This document shows, piece by piece, positions 1 through 9,795 of a stretch of 64,000 nt of DNA. Source of the stretch: Candidatus Parcubacteria bacterium. GTDB taxonomy: Bacteria; Patescibacteriota; Patescibacteriia; UBA1558; GWA2-36-10. Under the pieces are notes generated by a model. It searched no databases and had not been told where the DNA came from. It worked only from the letters and a program-made list of their open reading frames with translations. The stretch lies in NCBI GenBank assembly GCA_018664825.1, contig JABJNO010000017.1, positions 163,011-227,010 of the forward strand. Direction: 5' to 3'. How positions within the stretch are numbered: the first letter of the stretch is position 1; each line of letters starts with the position of its first letter. The position numbers and the translations under genes were made by a program.

Positions 1-1460
1 TCAAAAGCAATTTTTTCACCTAATTTTGTTAGTTTTTCCTCATGATGCTTCTTTACAGCTTCTTCATATTCTAATTTTATTTTTTGAAATTCTGCCTCGG
101 CTTTTTTCTTTAAGTTACCTATACCAAATTTTCTTTCCTTAAAATTAAAAGCCTTTCTCCTGTTTCTCAAAGCTTCTGCATATTGGTTACGCGCTTCTTC
201 AAGTACACTCTCCAAAGACTCTTCACCTTCTGGAGTTTCTTCACCGTCCTCCGATGCAGATGATTCCTCTTCGCTAAATTGTTCTGATCGACTATCTCTT
301 TGAAATTTATTTTCTTCTTCTATTGTTCTACCTGTATTTACGTCAATTTTACAATCATCACAAAGATTGGTTCCGGGAATACTAGGCTTCCCACAATTTG
401 GACATTCTTTTTCAGCATTCTCTCCATAATATGCTTCATGTGCTTCTAATACTCTACCTTTAAAATATTGAACAGTTGAAGCAGCGTTCATTTTTTCTCC
501 AAGCATCGATTCTTGTGTTTTGATACTCTTTAAAAATCCCTCTACTTCAGACATAAACTCTTTTTCCCAATCAGCAGGATTATCTTTTCCTTTTAATTTA
601 TCTAGAAAGTCCTTAATACCTTCAAAATCAACAACTTCGGCCTCTGGGGCCTCTGGACTATTGTCAGTCTCTGATTCTGTAGTTGGTACAGCCTCTGTAT
701 TATTTTTTCTTTTTATATCACTATGCTTTGCAATAGCCGCTAATACAGCATTATGAACCTCTTCTTGTATTTTATCCTTCTCTTTTCCTTTTATATCACC
801 AAGCGCTAGACTATCAAATAATTCAATAACCTCCATCATCAAAACTCTCGCTTGTTCTTGATCGTCCACTTGAGTGAGTCGTTCCTTTAAGATTGCTAAT
901 TTATTTCCCGCTTCTCCTACTATAGACTCTTCCGTTGGGATTTCTTCAACTGGTTCTACGGGTTTTTCAGCTGGCTCTTCTGTAGCTTCTTGGTCATCTC
1001 CACCAAAGCTATTTTTGTATAGTTGTACCAAATTATCTTCATGAAAACGTACAGCTGAAACTGCCTGCACACTTTCACCCACGCTAGATTCTGCCAATTT
1101 TATTCTGGCAATTATTTTTTCAGCTTGCGCCAAAAAACGCTTATCTTTGTCTGATAAGTCCTTACCTTTATTGGCTTCAATAAAGTCTTTGACAGTTCCA
1201 AAATTTACATCACCACCTTCAATACCAGTGAGGGTTTTTTCAATTTGAGCTTCTGTTTCATCGGCAATAGTTCTCAATTCATCTACAGAATCCGGTCTTG
1301 CTCTACCAGCTTCTGACCCTGCAAATTCATCTACGTTTTCTTCAATTTTATCTACAGTTTCTTTACCTTCATCTTCGGGTGAGGTTTCATTTTCAGCACC
1401 AGACTCTGGACCACCTTCTTGTGTCTTGTCTTTGTCTGGATCTTCAGTGTGTTTAGGCAT
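1..1460 (-). CDS. Large acidic/coiled-coil hypothetical protein, runs off the left edge (partial)
   Basis: ATG at 1460 gives MPKHTEDPDKDKTQEGGPESGAENET..., with an internal CPNC..CDDC zinc-ribbon-like motif. Absent from the ORF track because its stop lies outside the window. Confidence 0.75.
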   Translation of the reverse strand, partial: MPKHTEDPDKDKTQEGGPESGAENETSPEDEGKETVDKIEENVDEFAGSEAGRARPDSVDELRTIADETEAQIEKTLTGIEGGDVNFGTVKDFIEANKGKDLSDKDKRFLAQAEKIIARIKLAESSVGESVQAVSAVRFHEDNLVQLYKNSFGGDDQEATEEPAEKPVEPVEEIPTEESIVGEAGNKLAILKERLTQVDDQEQARVLMMEVIELFDSLALGDIKGKEKDKIQEEVHNAVLAAIAKHSDIKRKNNTEAVPTTESETDNSPEAPEAEVVDFEGIKDFLDKLKGKDNPADWEKEFMSEVEGFLKSIKTQESMLGEKMNAASTVQYFKGRVLEAHEAYYGENAEKECPNCGKPSIPGTNLCDDCKIDVNTGRTIEEENKFQRDSRSEQFSEEESSASEDGEETPEGEESLESVLEEARNQYAEALRNRRKAFNFKERKFGIGNLKKKAEAEFQKIKLEYEEAVKKHHEEKLTKLGEKIAF

Positions 1461-1464
1461 AAGT

Positions 1465-1632
1465 TTAAAAATTATTATTAATCTTATCTAAAATTTTATC
1501 TACCTCTTTTTTTTCGATAGATTCTATTTGATTTTTCAAACTACCATTGGCATCTTTTTTGATCCTAGATAGTTCAGTCAAAAATTCTTTGTAGATAGCT
1601 CTGATTTTTTCTATTTTTTGTTTTTTTGTCAT
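1465..1632 (-). CDS. Small helical hypothetical protein (55 aa)
   Basis: Hand translation MTKKQKIEKIRAIYKEFLTELSRIKKDANGSLKNQIESIEKKEVDKILDKINNNF*. It fills the gap between co-oriented genes. Confidence 0.6.
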   Translation of the reverse strand: MTKKQKIEKIRAIYKEFLTELSRIKKDANGSLKNQIESIEKKEVDKILDKINNNF

Positions 1633-1646
1633 TTTTACTATTTCAT

Positions 1647-1949
1647 TTATAAAATAGCTTCTTTCATTTCAACCATTTCTTTTTTTAGGTCTTCAACAAT
1701 TTCTTGGTGAATTTCAGCAAAATTTGGAACCTTTTTTTGAATAAATTTATTCATTTTTTCCAAATCTTCACCTGCCAACAACTCATCAAGCTCTTTCTTG
1801 TCTTTTTCAGTCAACATACCAAGTAGCACTCGATTAAAGCGACTCTCAACAAGGCCAATTATTTTTTCTTGGAGTATTACTTTTTTGTCATCTGGCAAAT
1901 CTTCTAAGCCAAATTCTTTTAAGAGATCAAAGTCTTTTTGTGTAGGCAT
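1647..1949 (-). CDS. Small acidic helical protein, DUF5663-like (CPR-typical)
   Basis: 100 aa, LLKEFGLEDLPDDKK...VPNFAEI pattern. Confidence 0.6.
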   Translation of the reverse strand: MPTQKDFDLLKEFGLEDLPDDKKVILQEKIIGLVESRFNRVLLGMLTEKDKKELDELLAGEDLEKMNKFIQKKVPNFAEIHQEIVEDLKKEMVEMKEAIL

Positions 1950-2025
1950 AATTTTTATTTTAAAAATTTTAATTAATTATATTAAATCATACTTAGGCAA
2001 AAAAAACAACCCCACATCCGTAGAT

Positions 2026-2058
2026 GTGGGGTTTGGTTGGGGAAATTATTAGGTAAGC
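2026..2058. terminator. Hairpin terminator after the SPFH-like gene
   Basis: aaccccacatccgtagatgtggggtt inverted repeat next to an A-run. Coordinates approximate (~1998-2035). Confidence 0.4.
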
Positions 2059-3464
2059 TTAGTGCTAGCAAAACGTGACAGGGCCGAACCTAGTGGTCCA
2101 ACACCAATCACATGGCTTGCAGCCTTACCCGCACGTTCGTGCTCAATTACGAGCTGCCATACGTCGTCAACAGTAAGCTTTTCGCCCGCTGCGCGAGTAC
2201 GATTGATCGTCGTCCTGATCGTCCCGAGATAAGCCATAAAGGCTTTACCCTTGGCGGTCTGGACATTGATATCCCGAAGAGCAGTCTGCTCTTCGGCGTT
2301 TTTGGTCGCGTAGTCTTCCATGGCCTTTTCGAAGTTCTTGTCGGGAGTACGATCGATAATACCAATCACCTCAAGGGTATGTCCTGTTTCATCCAGGACT
2401 TTCTTCTTGAGATCCTTGATAGCATCATTGATCTTTCTCTGGATCTCATATGCTTCCAGAGCATCTTTGTACTCTTGTGAATCAACGTCATCCGAAACAC
2501 GACGAGATGTACGATAAGCATCGAAGTTGACAGGAAGATTTTTGATCTCCCGCATAAAGGTCTCATCCAGAATATCGGATGCCTCCTGCGAGTTCAAATA
2601 ATCAGCCATCCAATCTTCGATCACTCGACGAATATACTCGTCGATGTTGTTTCGCTCATCATCATCCATCTCCAAGAAAATATCAAGATTCCTCGGATAT
2701 TCAGAATGACCAGGATCCATCTTGTGTACTTCACGGTACTCAATCTTAAACTTGGTACCAGCAGCCACAGCCTCTTTACCACCTTCATTGCTCATAGCTT
2801 TACTTGGCAGCTCACCTGTCTTGTATTTCTCTTCCCGCTTTGCAACGGAAACAGGAATAATATCGACAAAGGTAAACCAAGTTGACCACGCCCAGAAAAA
2901 GTTGAGGCCAGTTTTCATGGCCCAGCTTGTCCAAGGTTTGTTGAATACTGTTGGTATCCAAATCTGACGAAGTGGAACACTGTGAAGCAATGACAGGATA
3001 TACATACCCGGAACCAAAATGCATGCCACAAGGACAAACAATTTGTTGAATCCGCTCATGATAGCGCCCATGGCCGACAACCACGAAACAAGGTGGGTAA
3101 TCGACAGATTGAGGTAGACCTTATCAATCCGAACAGGCTTGCTCTTTTGAAAAGTCACAAACCAATCACGAGGCTGGTAAGCCTTGTAACCTATCGAAAA
3201 GTAAAGGACTGTTACCAATACGGCGGTAACGATTGAGCCGACACTTAGGTCAACACTGATAATATCACGTAGATACCACAGTGCCGTCACTAGCAAAGTA
3301 CCAATCAGACCAGAGGCCTGGGTTTTGGTACTCCTGTTGGAGCTACAAAAGATCGACAGAGCGATCAGAGCAAGAATCGGAACAACAAAGATGCTGAACC
3401 AATGCGAACCCATGTAACTAAGAGCAGAATCAAACCAAGCACTGATTTTTTCTTCACCAGACAT
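2049..3464 (-). CDS. Multi-TM membrane protein with C-terminal SPFH/band-7-like domain
   Basis: Start MSGEEK at 3464 behind an AGGAGG SD. Several N-terminal TM helices; C-terminal part resembles SPFH (IRRVIEDWMADYL..., GHTLEVIGIIDRTPDKNFEKAME). Confidence 0.55.
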   Translation of the reverse strand: MSGEEKISAWFDSALSYMGSHWFSIFVVPILALIALSIFCSSNRSTKTQASGLIGTLLVTALWYLRDIISVDLSVGSIVTAVLVTVLYFSIGYKAYQPRDWFVTFQKSKPVRIDKVYLNLSITHLVSWLSAMGAIMSGFNKLFVLVACILVPGMYILSLLHSVPLRQIWIPTVFNKPWTSWAMKTGLNFFWAWSTWFTFVDIIPVSVAKREEKYKTGELPSKAMSNEGGKEAVAAGTKFKIEYREVHKMDPGHSEYPRNLDIFLEMDDDERNNIDEYIRRVIEDWMADYLNSQEASDILDETFMREIKNLPVNFDAYRTSRRVSDDVDSQEYKDALEAYEIQRKINDAIKDLKKKVLDETGHTLEVIGIIDRTPDKNFEKAMEDYATKNAEEQTALRDINVQTAKGKAFMAYLGTIRTTINRTRAAGEKLTVDDVWQLVIEHERAGKAASHVIGVGPLGSALSRFASTKLT

Positions 3465-3572
3465 AATTTCCTCCTTTTTTTCCAATTTATTTGGAAGTTT
3501 TTTAACGAACAAACAAGATTTTCTCTATCTTAAGAACAATATAGTATAGCATATATTATAGTTTTTGTCAAT

Positions 3573-3621
3573 CCTTTCGACTTTGCTCAGGATTGACCCT
3601 GAGCGTAGCCGAACGGGTCAA
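3573..3621. repeat. REP-like palindromic element (cttcgactttgctcagg...cctgagcgtagccgaa)
   Basis: Imperfect inverted repeat; related copies at 20106-20124, 20189-20225 and 20333-20352. Confidence 0.65.
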
Positions 3622-3664
3622 TATATATATTGACTCGTATTTTACCCCAATATTAGGGCTTTTT

Positions 3665-4333
3665 TTAGAGGTCTCGATCCCCTTCTGGACCTTTTTTTAT
3701 ACTTTTATATACAAAATATGAGTAAACTAGACTACTCAAAATAGCTAATATAGCCAAAATAAAGGCATATACAAACATCCCAGGAGGAAAAAAGGGAATA
3801 GCCAAAAACATTACTCCTCCAATCATAAAGGCTTTGCCGCCATATTTATGAGTCCTCTGCCAGACCTCATCACTAGAAAGTGTCCAGGGAGTACGAATAC
3901 CAACAAACCAATTTGGCTTGATGTCTTTCATATATACGCCCATGATTATAAATAAAATTCCAACCATAAACGGTATTACCATACCAATTGGAATATTATA
4001 ATCCATATTTACCAAGCTTGTTATCACAAACAACACAAAGAAAAAGCCGATTATTACCAATTGAATTATTTTGTAGGTAGGCATAAAGTCATCATAGTTT
4101 CTCCTTTTTGGGTCAAGTTTTGGTAGGTACATAAATAAAATCCAAACAGCAATCATCAACAATGGTGTAAATAGTATATGAAACATTTTACTGCCCCAGT
4201 CATCTGGCTGACCAGCTCCATTCCAATGAGTAATTACTTCATCTGGCAAAACCTGATAAAAATAATAAGCCAGACCAACGGTGGCTAGCATTAATAATTT
4301 AATAATTAGATCAATTACTTTTGATTTTTTCAT
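3665..4333 (-). CDS. SdpI/DUF1648 family membrane protein
   Basis: LPDEVITHWNGAGQPD and PNWFVGIRTPWTLSSDEVWQRTH motifs. Confidence 0.85.
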   Translation of the reverse strand: MKKSKVIDLIIKLLMLATVGLAYYFYQVLPDEVITHWNGAGQPDDWGSKMFHILFTPLLMIAVWILFMYLPKLDPKRRNYDDFMPTYKIIQLVIIGFFFVLFVITSLVNMDYNIPIGMVIPFMVGILFIIMGVYMKDIKPNWFVGIRTPWTLSSDEVWQRTHKYGGKAFMIGGVMFLAIPFFPPGMFVYAFILAILAILSSLVYSYFVYKSIKKGPEGDRDL

Positions 4334-4346
4334 ATGTTTGTATTAA

Positions 4347-5204
4347 TTATTTTTGACAACTTGGACAAAAATGAGTCCCTCTGCCTGCCAATTTTATTTT
4401 TTTAATATTTGATTTTTTACAATTCAAGCATTTTTTATCTTGACGACCATATACTTTGAGAAAATCTGCAAATCCTCCTCTACCTCCATCAGCATTTCTA
4501 TAATCACTAAAAGTTGTTCCTTTTTTATCAATAGCTTTCTTTATTATATATTTACTAGCTTGCCAAAGTCGCCTGATTTCATCTTGGCTCAAAGTATCTA
4601 GATGCCTACTTGGCATTACCTTGGCTCGAAAACATATCTCGTCAGCATAAATATTACCAATACCTGATATAATTTGTTGATTTAATAAAAAAGCTTTTAG
4701 CACTGCCCTCCGTCCTTTTACCAATGCTTTGAAATTTTTTAAAGTAAACTCTTTGTCCGTTGGCTGTAAGCCGTGCCTATCTACTGCTTTTTGCTTATCT
4801 GCTTTATTTACCAACTTCAAATAACCAAATTGCCTCAAGTCATTGAAAAATAGTTTTGAATTGTCATCAAAGGTAAAAATAATGTGTGAATATTTATTTG
4901 GCAAATCATCTACTTTTGGCCAATTGTGACCCCCGGCAACCAAGTCATCCTCTTTGGAATATATCAATTGTCCAGTCATCTTGAGATGAATCAATAAATA
5001 TTTTTCTTCTGGCAATACAAAAATAAGTAATTTTCCTACTCTATCTATATCCAAAAACTTGTTTCCTACCAATTTTTCAATAAAACTTTTAGTATTATTT
5101 TTTATTAGTTTATCTTTGGAAACCTTTAGATCTACTATCTTTTTATTCAAAATTTTGGCTTGCAAGCCAAGTCTTATTGTCTCTACTTCGGGTAGTTCTG
5201 GCAT
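4347..5204 (-). CDS. mutM: Formamidopyrimidine-DNA glycosylase
   Basis: N-terminal MPELPEVE, HLKMTG, GIGNIYADE, C-terminal zinc finger RGTHFCPSCQ. Confidence 0.97.
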   Translation of the reverse strand: MPELPEVETIRLGLQAKILNKKIVDLKVSKDKLIKNNTKSFIEKLVGNKFLDIDRVGKLLIFVLPEEKYLLIHLKMTGQLIYSKEDDLVAGGHNWPKVDDLPNKYSHIIFTFDDNSKLFFNDLRQFGYLKLVNKADKQKAVDRHGLQPTDKEFTLKNFKALVKGRRAVLKAFLLNQQIISGIGNIYADEICFRAKVMPSRHLDTLSQDEIRRLWQASKYIIKKAIDKKGTTFSDYRNADGGRGGFADFLKVYGRQDKKCLNCKKSNIKKIKLAGRGTHFCPSCQK

Positions 5205-5270
5205 AACTCTATTATATGCCAAAAACAATCAAAAAACCACCCCCAGACGGGGGTGGTTTTTGTCTATATC

Positions 5271-8200
5271 TTAGTATTTATTTAACACATCATCAGTTAC
5301 GTTGTATATTTCTTCTCCTGCATATTTAGCCAATTCTTTCAAAGTCTTGATATGACGTTTATGACCATCTTCGATGATATAAATTCTCATATCACTACCT
5401 CTTAGTAAGCTACCATCTGCAAATTCTTTGATACCAAGAATCTGTTTGTTATCTTCCCAGTCTGGATAATTATCCAATACATCGGTCAATACATTGTAGA
5501 TTCTTTGTCCCAAATAGTTATCATGCAAATACTGCCAACTTGGAATATGCCACTTCTTTTGTTCACGAAGTAGATATACCATCATTTCTGCACTACAAGC
5601 ATCTCTCAATAAACTACCATCAGGATATTGGAAAATTTGATCAATATCAACGTCTGGACCAGTTGAATGACTAGGTCTCATAAAGTCACAAGATAAAATC
5701 TTTTCACCCAATACCTCTGGAGGAGTTGGTCCTGGAGGTGGAGGTGGAGGCGGTGTGTCTCCACATGATTCTGCGGTTGGGGTAGTAAATGTTCTGTCAT
5801 AATCAACCTTTGCAGCATTGTCTACACCTTTTGATTTTACAAGATAATGATAAGTAGTACCTGGTTCTAAGCCAGCCAATAGAACTGAGTGACTTGAAAC
5901 ATAATCTGTACTCAAGATTTCTTCACCGTAAGTTTGAGTAAGTCCATGAATCATCCAAGTAAGAGAATCTTTTGAGGTATTCCAAGTAATAGTTGCGTCA
6001 TTTTGACATGAGGTCACAGCTAAAATATCTGAAATATCTGGAGGTGTCTTTCCTCCACCACAATTGGTAATACATCCGCCGCCACGAGTTTGAACTGTTA
6101 CAGTTCTAGTGACTTGAGAGGCATCGTTGCCATCTGAATCAGATACGTCATAAGTGACAAGATAGGTACCTACTGCAGCAACTACTGGATTTACAGTGAC
6201 AATATCAGGGGTGATATCACCATCTTCATCGTCATAAGCTGTAGCTCCGTCATCAACATAAGTTTCGTCAGTATAAATATATACTGGATCAGCTCCAATC
6301 AAAGTGATTACTGGAGGCTCATCTGTATATGGACACATTTCAAATGGTGGTACGAAATGACTATAACAAGTAGTACTGTTTCCTATTGGATCAGCCATAT
6401 ATTGAGACATAATAACTATATCACTCAAGTTGATAACTCCTAGGCCATCACCTTGATATAAGTCAAAATGTTCAAAATATCTTTCTGGTCTATTTACTGA
6501 ATCTGTTACTCCTTGTAGTAGAGCATCACACCAACCTACAGCTGGATCTTCACATTGAAATTGAAAACCTTCTTCAGGATGATCAAACTCGTTATAACAT
6601 AGCTTATCATTTCCTTCGCTGTACATCTGAGATACTAAGCTTATATCAGTCAAATTTACCTTTCCATCATTGTTTAGATCAGCTACAGGATTGTAACTTG
6701 GAGTATTTATTGAATGTTTTACAACTCCCAATAAAGCACTACACCATGGAGCCCATGGGGTCTCACAATCTTCATCAATAGTCCAATCGGTATAAAAGCC
6801 ATCGTCAGCCACAGTAGTGGTCAACCAATAATGTGACATATTATCAGCCAGCCATACTTCGTCGTTTCCGGCATTGTAACTACCTACTCCTGTACCATCA
6901 AAACCTTTTTCTAGACCATTCCAAGCAGGAATTCCAGTAGCATCATCGCTTCTTTGAGTTGTTGCTGTAGCGTTATAAAACTCAATTTCACCAGATACAT
7001 GCTCTTTTTGACCTTCTAAGCCAGTACCATGCATAACTACTCTCAAGTTGTTTTCCAACCTTTGAACAGCTAAACCTGGAACATCCTCATATTGAGGACT
7101 AGCAGCTACATCTGGATCTATATAATGTGCACCGTTATAATATAGAGCAAACCATACATTTGATGGAATTTTATAACTAGCAGAACCTAGGAATAAATCT
7201 GAAGTCATATCTCCACCATTCCAGTTTTGTGTATCATCAACGTTTATTTTAGCTAAAGTCAAATCACTACATTCTGGAACAATAAATCGACATTGTTCTG
7301 AACATCCAACAAAATCTTTATGTGTAAGAGATATATTTGGATCACATTGTTCCCATTCTTGGTTTATTACACCATCACCACAATACGGGCTGTATTCTGG
7401 TAAGTCCTCTGTATTAAAGGCAACACAATAATATGTAGAATCTGAACTAACATCAATCCATTCAGCGTTATCATAATTTACAACATCGCTGTTACACCAA
7501 AATTCAGCACTTACATCATTACCTGGGGCGCTTCCTGGAGGAAAAGAAAATGGAACATAACCATCTTTCAATACTTCTCTAAACCAAAGTCTACCTGGTA
7601 AATTATCTAAGTCTAATTCTGTTTCTGTTCTACCGTTTATATCGGTAAGAGCATCAAAATCATACCAACCATCAACATTGTGTTCACCAATATAATTTCC
7701 ATCTAAATCTAACAAACTATTGTTGGTACCCCATTCAAATTTCCAATCTGATTCAAAACGACAGTTAGGGTGGCTATCTACAAAATCTTGAGCTGTATCA
7801 GCATTGATATTTGCAGAGCCAGACCAGTTTGGTAAATCAGTTTCATTGTCACACACAATTTTGTGTGCAATCACAGTAGCCTTGTTTTCTGGTTCTGGAT
7901 CAGCGGTTTTACAAAGACGTACATCGTCAACAAAGGTTCCAAAGCTGTTGCTTGGTCCAATATCTTCAAATGCTATCTCTGTAGTTGTATTATCAGCATT
8001 AAATACATAGCTAGAATTTGTCCAATCACCCTGAGCAAGAGGTGCGCTGCCTGTTACTGGGCCATCTGTATCTACTTGAATACCATCAACTTCAATTGAA
8101 AGTTCATTTTGTTCAGCAGTTATATTATGACGTGGGGCAAAAGACCAGAATAATTTGTATTCTGCACCTTCTTCTGTTCCAACGTCTTGAGAAATACGTG

Positions 8201-9656
8201 TTGAATGGTCTCCGTCAAGCTCAGCATATTGCAAGCCATCAGCCGCTACATTACCACTCCAGCCTTTGTGAAGCTCGAGAGTAGTAGCAGAACCATCAGA
8301 AGCCTTTTCGATTACCCAGCCAAGTACAGAACTCATTTTCTGCCATAAAGAGGCGTTGGTAACTACAGGTTCTTCAAAACTATAATTTACAAGAAGATTA
8401 TCTTCTACAGAACATTCTTCTTGTAATTCTGCTTCATTTAAGAAGTAAATAATATAAGTACCAGCGCCGTCTACAGTAAGGTCAACTGAACCGTTTGGTT
8501 GAGCAACACCGTTACCGCCAACACCAGTTCTTGACCAGCCTGACTGCATAACTTCATCAACGTTGTATGTACTATATGGTAAATCAAGAGTAGCACAACC
8601 ATCTAAAGTGCCATCATCAGCATCATTGTAGGTTGTTTGACCATCTACTGTAAAATCCCAACCATGTATAGTTGGTTCTCCTGAATCAAGAATACCATTA
8701 CCGTTTAGATCATTTTGCTTACAAAATTTGACTTGACCAGTTGGTGGTGCCTCTACTTCGTATAAACAAAGTTTTGTAACAGCAACACTGTTTCTATCCA
8801 TATCACTTGGATCAGAACATGTTTCAGTTGTGTCCATATGAATAGTATTTGTATTATCTACAAAATCAAAAGTTCCAGCATTTTGGATTTGCCAGGTTGT
8901 TCCTGGTGGTTGATCCAAAACTGCAGGACCTGCAGAACTAGTATTCACTCTCATGGTAAATTCTTCGTTGTCTTGTCCATAAGGAGAACCAGCATTGTCA
9001 CCACTACGATGAACTACGGTATGCAATTCATAGCTGCCACCATTTGTAGACAAATCAATGTCTTCAAAATCATAAGCAGGTACATTTTGTGAACCGCAAT
9101 TTAAACCCATTACTTCTAGGTCAACTACAAACTCATGATCAGCACCCTGACAACTTGGTTCAGGCTCTTCACAGGCAAAATTTATCAATACTGCATTACC
9201 TGGTTCATAATGATAACCACCATCTGTCAATGCTGCGTTATCTGGGGCACCAGTTGGTGTATTGTATCTAGCTGTGACAGAAAAATAATAATTCTGATCA
9301 CAAACTAGAGGACCATTCCAGGTATAAGAGAAAGTTGAAGTGCCTTCATAAGATAAAAGCACATCTCCTGAATTTGTAGGGTATTCTGGATTTGTATTGG
9401 TTTCAGACATTACAACCTTGTAACCTACCAATCTATCATCCTGAATAGGATCCCAGGTAATTTCAACGCTGTCTTGAGTCGGACTCAGATCAGCATAGAC
9501 CGTTGGAGCTGTATATGGCTCAACAATCACCAAATCTGGAACCGCCTCTTCTTCAGCGTTGGCAATAGAAACAGATACAAGGCTTAACCCTGTACTTGAA
9601 ACTACCATGCTCAAGGCTACAAAATATAGTAACCCCTTTGCCAAAAATTTCCTCAT
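5271..9656 (-). CDS. Large secreted/surface protein (1461 aa): CBM/DUF642-like, dockerin-like, DUF5011/Ig-like, FN3-like modules
   Basis: Signal peptide; NYSFEEP..GLQYAELD; DLNNDGKVNLTDI; PPVITLIGADP; ATITWNT..GLEPGTTYHY; Pro-rich linker; repeated DGSLLR domain. Confidence 0.8.
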   Translation of the reverse strand: MRKFLAKGLLYFVALSMVVSSTGLSLVSVSIANAEEEAVPDLVIVEPYTAPTVYADLSPTQDSVEITWDPIQDDRLVGYKVVMSETNTNPEYPTNSGDVLLSYEGTSTFSYTWNGPLVCDQNYYFSVTARYNTPTGAPDNAALTDGGYHYEPGNAVLINFACEEPEPSCQGADHEFVVDLEVMGLNCGSQNVPAYDFEDIDLSTNGGSYELHTVVHRSGDNAGSPYGQDNEEFTMRVNTSSAGPAVLDQPPGTTWQIQNAGTFDFVDNTNTIHMDTTETCSDPSDMDRNSVAVTKLCLYEVEAPPTGQVKFCKQNDLNGNGILDSGEPTIHGWDFTVDGQTTYNDADDGTLDGCATLDLPYSTYNVDEVMQSGWSRTGVGGNGVAQPNGSVDLTVDGAGTYIIYFLNEAELQEECSVEDNLLVNYSFEEPVVTNASLWQKMSSVLGWVIEKASDGSATTLELHKGWSGNVAADGLQYAELDGDHSTRISQDVGTEEGAEYKLFWSFAPRHNITAEQNELSIEVDGIQVDTDGPVTGSAPLAQGDWTNSSYVFNADNTTTEIAFEDIGPSNSFGTFVDDVRLCKTADPEPENKATVIAHKIVCDNETDLPNWSGSANINADTAQDFVDSHPNCRFESDWKFEWGTNNSLLDLDGNYIGEHNVDGWYDFDALTDINGRTETELDLDNLPGRLWFREVLKDGYVPFSFPPGSAPGNDVSAEFWCNSDVVNYDNAEWIDVSSDSTYYCVAFNTEDLPEYSPYCGDGVINQEWEQCDPNISLTHKDFVGCSEQCRFIVPECSDLTLAKINVDDTQNWNGGDMTSDLFLGSASYKIPSNVWFALYYNGAHYIDPDVAASPQYEDVPGLAVQRLENNLRVVMHGTGLEGQKEHVSGEIEFYNATATTQRSDDATGIPAWNGLEKGFDGTGVGSYNAGNDEVWLADNMSHYWLTTTVADDGFYTDWTIDEDCETPWAPWCSALLGVVKHSINTPSYNPVADLNNDGKVNLTDISLVSQMYSEGNDKLCYNEFDHPEEGFQFQCEDPAVGWCDALLQGVTDSVNRPERYFEHFDLYQGDGLGVINLSDIVIMSQYMADPIGNSTTCYSHFVPPFEMCPYTDEPPVITLIGADPVYIYTDETYVDDGATAYDDEDGDITPDIVTVNPVVAAVGTYLVTYDVSDSDGNDASQVTRTVTVQTRGGGCITNCGGGKTPPDISDILAVTSCQNDATITWNTSKDSLTWMIHGLTQTYGEEILSTDYVSSHSVLLAGLEPGTTYHYLVKSKGVDNAAKVDYDRTFTTPTAESCGDTPPPPPPPGPTPPEVLGEKILSCDFMRPSHSTGPDVDIDQIFQYPDGSLLRDACSAEMMVYLLREQKKWHIPSWQYLHDNYLGQRIYNVLTDVLDNYPDWEDNKQILGIKEFADGSLLRGSDMRIYIIEDGHKRHIKTLKELAKYAGEEIYNVTDDVLNKY

Positions 9657-9795
9657 AAGTTTGTTTCGTTTAGATTAATTATTTTTTGCTTTTTTAAGCA
9701 ATATATTTAAAACTTTTTACTCCATACTATAACATAACTCCCCTCCTAGAGTCAATATGTACTTTAAAAATTCTACACCTCAAACTTACTCCTTT